Origin: a virus
Lineage: Duplodnaviria; Caudoviricetes
Virus record (IMG/VR): IMGVR_UViG_3300037518_000033
Location: 1-37,621 of that record
Reading direction: 5' to 3' (one strand)
Length of the DNA stretch: 37,621 nt
Made by a program: the position numbers and the translations under genes. Positions 36,068-37,621 of this stretch are shown here, piece by piece; position 1 is the first letter of the stretch, and every line of letters starts with the position of its first letter. Below the pieces are notes generated by a model. It saw only the letters and a list, made by a program, of their open reading frames with translations. It was not told where the DNA came from and searched no databases.

Positions 36068-36108
36068 AAAGCCTCATTGGGTGCCTCCCCTGATGGGGCT
36101 TTTCTTTT
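36068..36108 (+). terminator. Rho-independent terminator ending the late/lysis region
   Basis: AAAGCCTCAT...ATGGGGCTTT stem followed by TCTTTT. Confidence 0.65.
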
Positions 36109-36129
36109 AGCGTAATATAAGGGTAAATA

Positions 36130-36327
36130 ATGACGAGTCCGTTAGAGAGAATCCGCTGGGTTCCTTGCCACTTTATTGGTGAGGATGGAACAGGAGTGTT
36201 AAGTGTAGATGATTTATTCATGGTGGCTACGGATACGGAGGATGAGGCGCTGGCAGATGATACGTTTGCTATGCTGAATGCTACACTCATGGGTAATTGT
36301 ATAATTAAGAAGATGATGAAGGGATAA
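36130..36327 (+). CDS. Hypothetical protein
   Basis: 65-aa ORF; AAGGG RBS. Confidence 0.55.
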   Translation: MTSPLERIRWVPCHFIGEDGTGVLSVDDLFMVATDTEDEALADDTFAMLNATLMGNCIIKKMMKG

Positions 36328-36332
36328 GAATA

Positions 36333-36533
36333 ATGGCAGCAATAGATTTTGAACAGGATTTGGAGCATTTGTTAGAGCAGATAAATGTCATACAATACGA
36401 GCGTGTGCTCTATAAGAACGCGCTTCAAGCTGTCGTAGCAGGTATGGTTGAACAAGAGGATGGGACGGTATCTATGGCTATGACACAGGAGGGTGTGCAA
36501 GCGCTTGCTAAAGCTGTAGATTATATGGTATAA
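36333..36533 (+). CDS. Hypothetical protein
   Basis: 66-aa ORF starting 5 nt after the previous stop. Confidence 0.6.
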   Translation: MAAIDFEQDLEHLLEQINVIQYERVLYKNALQAVVAGMVEQEDGTVSMAMTQEGVQALAKAVDYMV

Positions 36534-36580
36534 TTACGTACCATAATATGGTTACTATATAACACACAATGGTACGTAAT
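36533..36580. repeat. Perfect 12-bp inverted repeat ATTACGTACCAT/ATGGTACGTAAT with 24-nt spacer
   Basis: Arms at 36533-36544 and 36569-36580. Confidence 0.75.
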
Positions 36581-36611
36581 GGCTAGTTTAATGATCAATT
36601 TGGAGGCTTAG

Positions 36612-36743
36612 ATGGTACGTGGAATAGGTGACGGCTTTGGCACGGCTCTTGTCGTCTTTGGTATAATTTGTGGATTAATCGGATGGGGAGTTATAGAGCT
36701 ACTTATTTGGCTATTCAGCTTTGTAACGATAACTATAGGGTAA
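36612..36743 (+). CDS. Small membrane protein (43 aa)
   Basis: GGAGG RBS; MVRGIGDGFGTALVVFGIICGLIGWGVIELLIWLFSFVTITIG. Confidence 0.7.
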   Translation: MVRGIGDGFGTALVVFGIICGLIGWGVIELLIWLFSFVTITIG

Positions 36744-36756
36744 TTGGAGGAATACA

Positions 36757-37176
36757 ATGTCAGAAACACGATTTAAAGCAGCATATTCTATTGACGTAAC
36801 ATCTGTTATGGATGAGCTGGATGAGAAATTCAAGGAATGGGGGATTGAAGTATTAGAGAGTGATCCAGAGATTCTTTATTATAAGCTGGTTGCCCCTTGG
36901 GAGCTGCTTATTGGTGAGCGTGAAGTAACGACTCTGGAAGGAAATAAGTTGGACGTACCCATTGCGTCATTGCAGATTGTACTGAAGAAAGAGACTGGGG
37001 ATGACTTTGAGAAGAGTTGGATCAGTTTTAACCCTAGCATGGCCAGAGAGGTGGTTATAGGGCTTCAACGAGATAATGAAGAGTTGTTGAAATATATCTT
37101 CAAGGATGGATATTGCGACCTCTGTTCTGTTGCTTATGTATACACCAGTGATCAAGATGAGCCTATGATTCGTTGA
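36757..37176 (+). CDS. Hypothetical acidic protein
   Basis: 139-aa ORF; GGAGG RBS. Confidence 0.75.
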   Translation: MSETRFKAAYSIDVTSVMDELDEKFKEWGIEVLESDPEILYYKLVAPWELLIGEREVTTLEGNKLDVPIASLQIVLKKETGDDFEKSWISFNPSMAREVVIGLQRDNEELLKYIFKDGYCDLCSVAYVYTSDQDEPMIR

Positions 37177-37192
37177 TTCTACCGCTCTAAAT

Positions 37193-37263
37193 AGCCCGTA
37201 CAGCTCGTTTAACTTAATCCCTATACCAACGCTAGGGGTAATATTAAACAGGCTCTACGGGCT
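37193..37263. repeat. Inverted pair of the 20-bp TTAAAnnnGCT(C/G)TACGGGCT motif between convergent genes
   Basis: 37193-37212 reverse-complements to TTAAACGAGCTGTACGGGCT; 37244-37263 reads TTAAACAGGCTCTACGGGCT. Confidence 0.75.
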
Positions 37264-37279
37264 TTATTTCGCCTAGGAT

Positions 37280-37621
37280 TTAGGCATCTTCATCATCGTC
37301 TACTTCGGAATACTCTCCTTCCAGCGCATCAAGCTCTACTTTCAGCATTGAGGCCAATTTTTCTTTCGCTGAGCCACCTTGAATGGTGATATTTTGCTCA
37401 ATTGCCACATTGCTGCGTTTCCCATAGCGCTCCGGGTCTGATGCTTCTAGGAGTTTCGTTAGTAAGCTGTCAGAGAATTTATTAACGTGACCTACAACCT
37501 TTCCTCTATGAAATACAGGCTCCTCTACACCGTCAATCGCTCTCCTGCGAGCTTCCATCTCAAATGATCCTGTAGCGTGATCCCTCGCAGTCTGGACAGC
37601 ATCCCTAAATTTCTCATTACG
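37280..37621 (-). CDS. terS: Terminase small subunit, 5' end outside window
   Basis: EARRRAIDGVEEPVFHRGKVVG.VNKFSDSLL..LL....PERY is a typical TerS-family motif. Frame is open to the window edge (RNEKFRDAVQTARDHATGSFE-MEARRR). Confidence 0.78.
   Translation of the reverse strand, partial: RNEKFRDAVQTARDHATGSFEMEARRRAIDGVEEPVFHRGKVVGHVNKFSDSLLTKLLEASDPERYGKRSNVAIEQNITIQGGSAKEKLASMLKVELDALEGEYSEVDDDEDA

Noticed and set aside
1-37621. Alternative genetic code, introns/inteins, integrase or repressor
   Set aside because: Genes are intact under the standard code with TAA, TAG and TGA all used as stops. No interrupted core genes or lysogeny genes were recognised in this window.

Overview
This window is part of a tailed dsDNA phage genome with siphovirus-type (non-contractile tail) genes. 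An overlapping spanin pair points to a Gram-negative host. Positions 1-5705 hold a leftward block of small early/middle genes (ThyX-like thymidylate synthase, HNH/AP2-type endonuclease, C39-like peptidase, many unknowns) driven by a near-consensus sigma70 promoter at 5740-5768. After a divergent non-coding switch region, the + strand carries a stand-alone short family-A/T7-like polymerase (6227-7588), a structure-rich non-coding stretch with a tRNA-like mini element ending in CCA, and an ATP-grasp ligase + membrane protein + two paralogous GT-A glycosyltransferases, followed by phoH. Next come portal, scaffold, capsid, neck, tail tube, frameshifted tail chaperones, tape measure, Dit/DUF1833/NlpC, a 1944-aa tail tip fused to about 25 YadA-like repeats, a GC-shifted beta-helix tailspike and a split lysis cassette. 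A terminase small subunit lies on the opposite strand at the right edge, and no terminase large subunit is present. The best candidates for undescribed biology are the ATP-grasp/glycosyltransferase module at the head of the virion genes and the orphan minimal polymerase with its flanking structured elements. All calls come from motif recognition by eye; no database searches were run.
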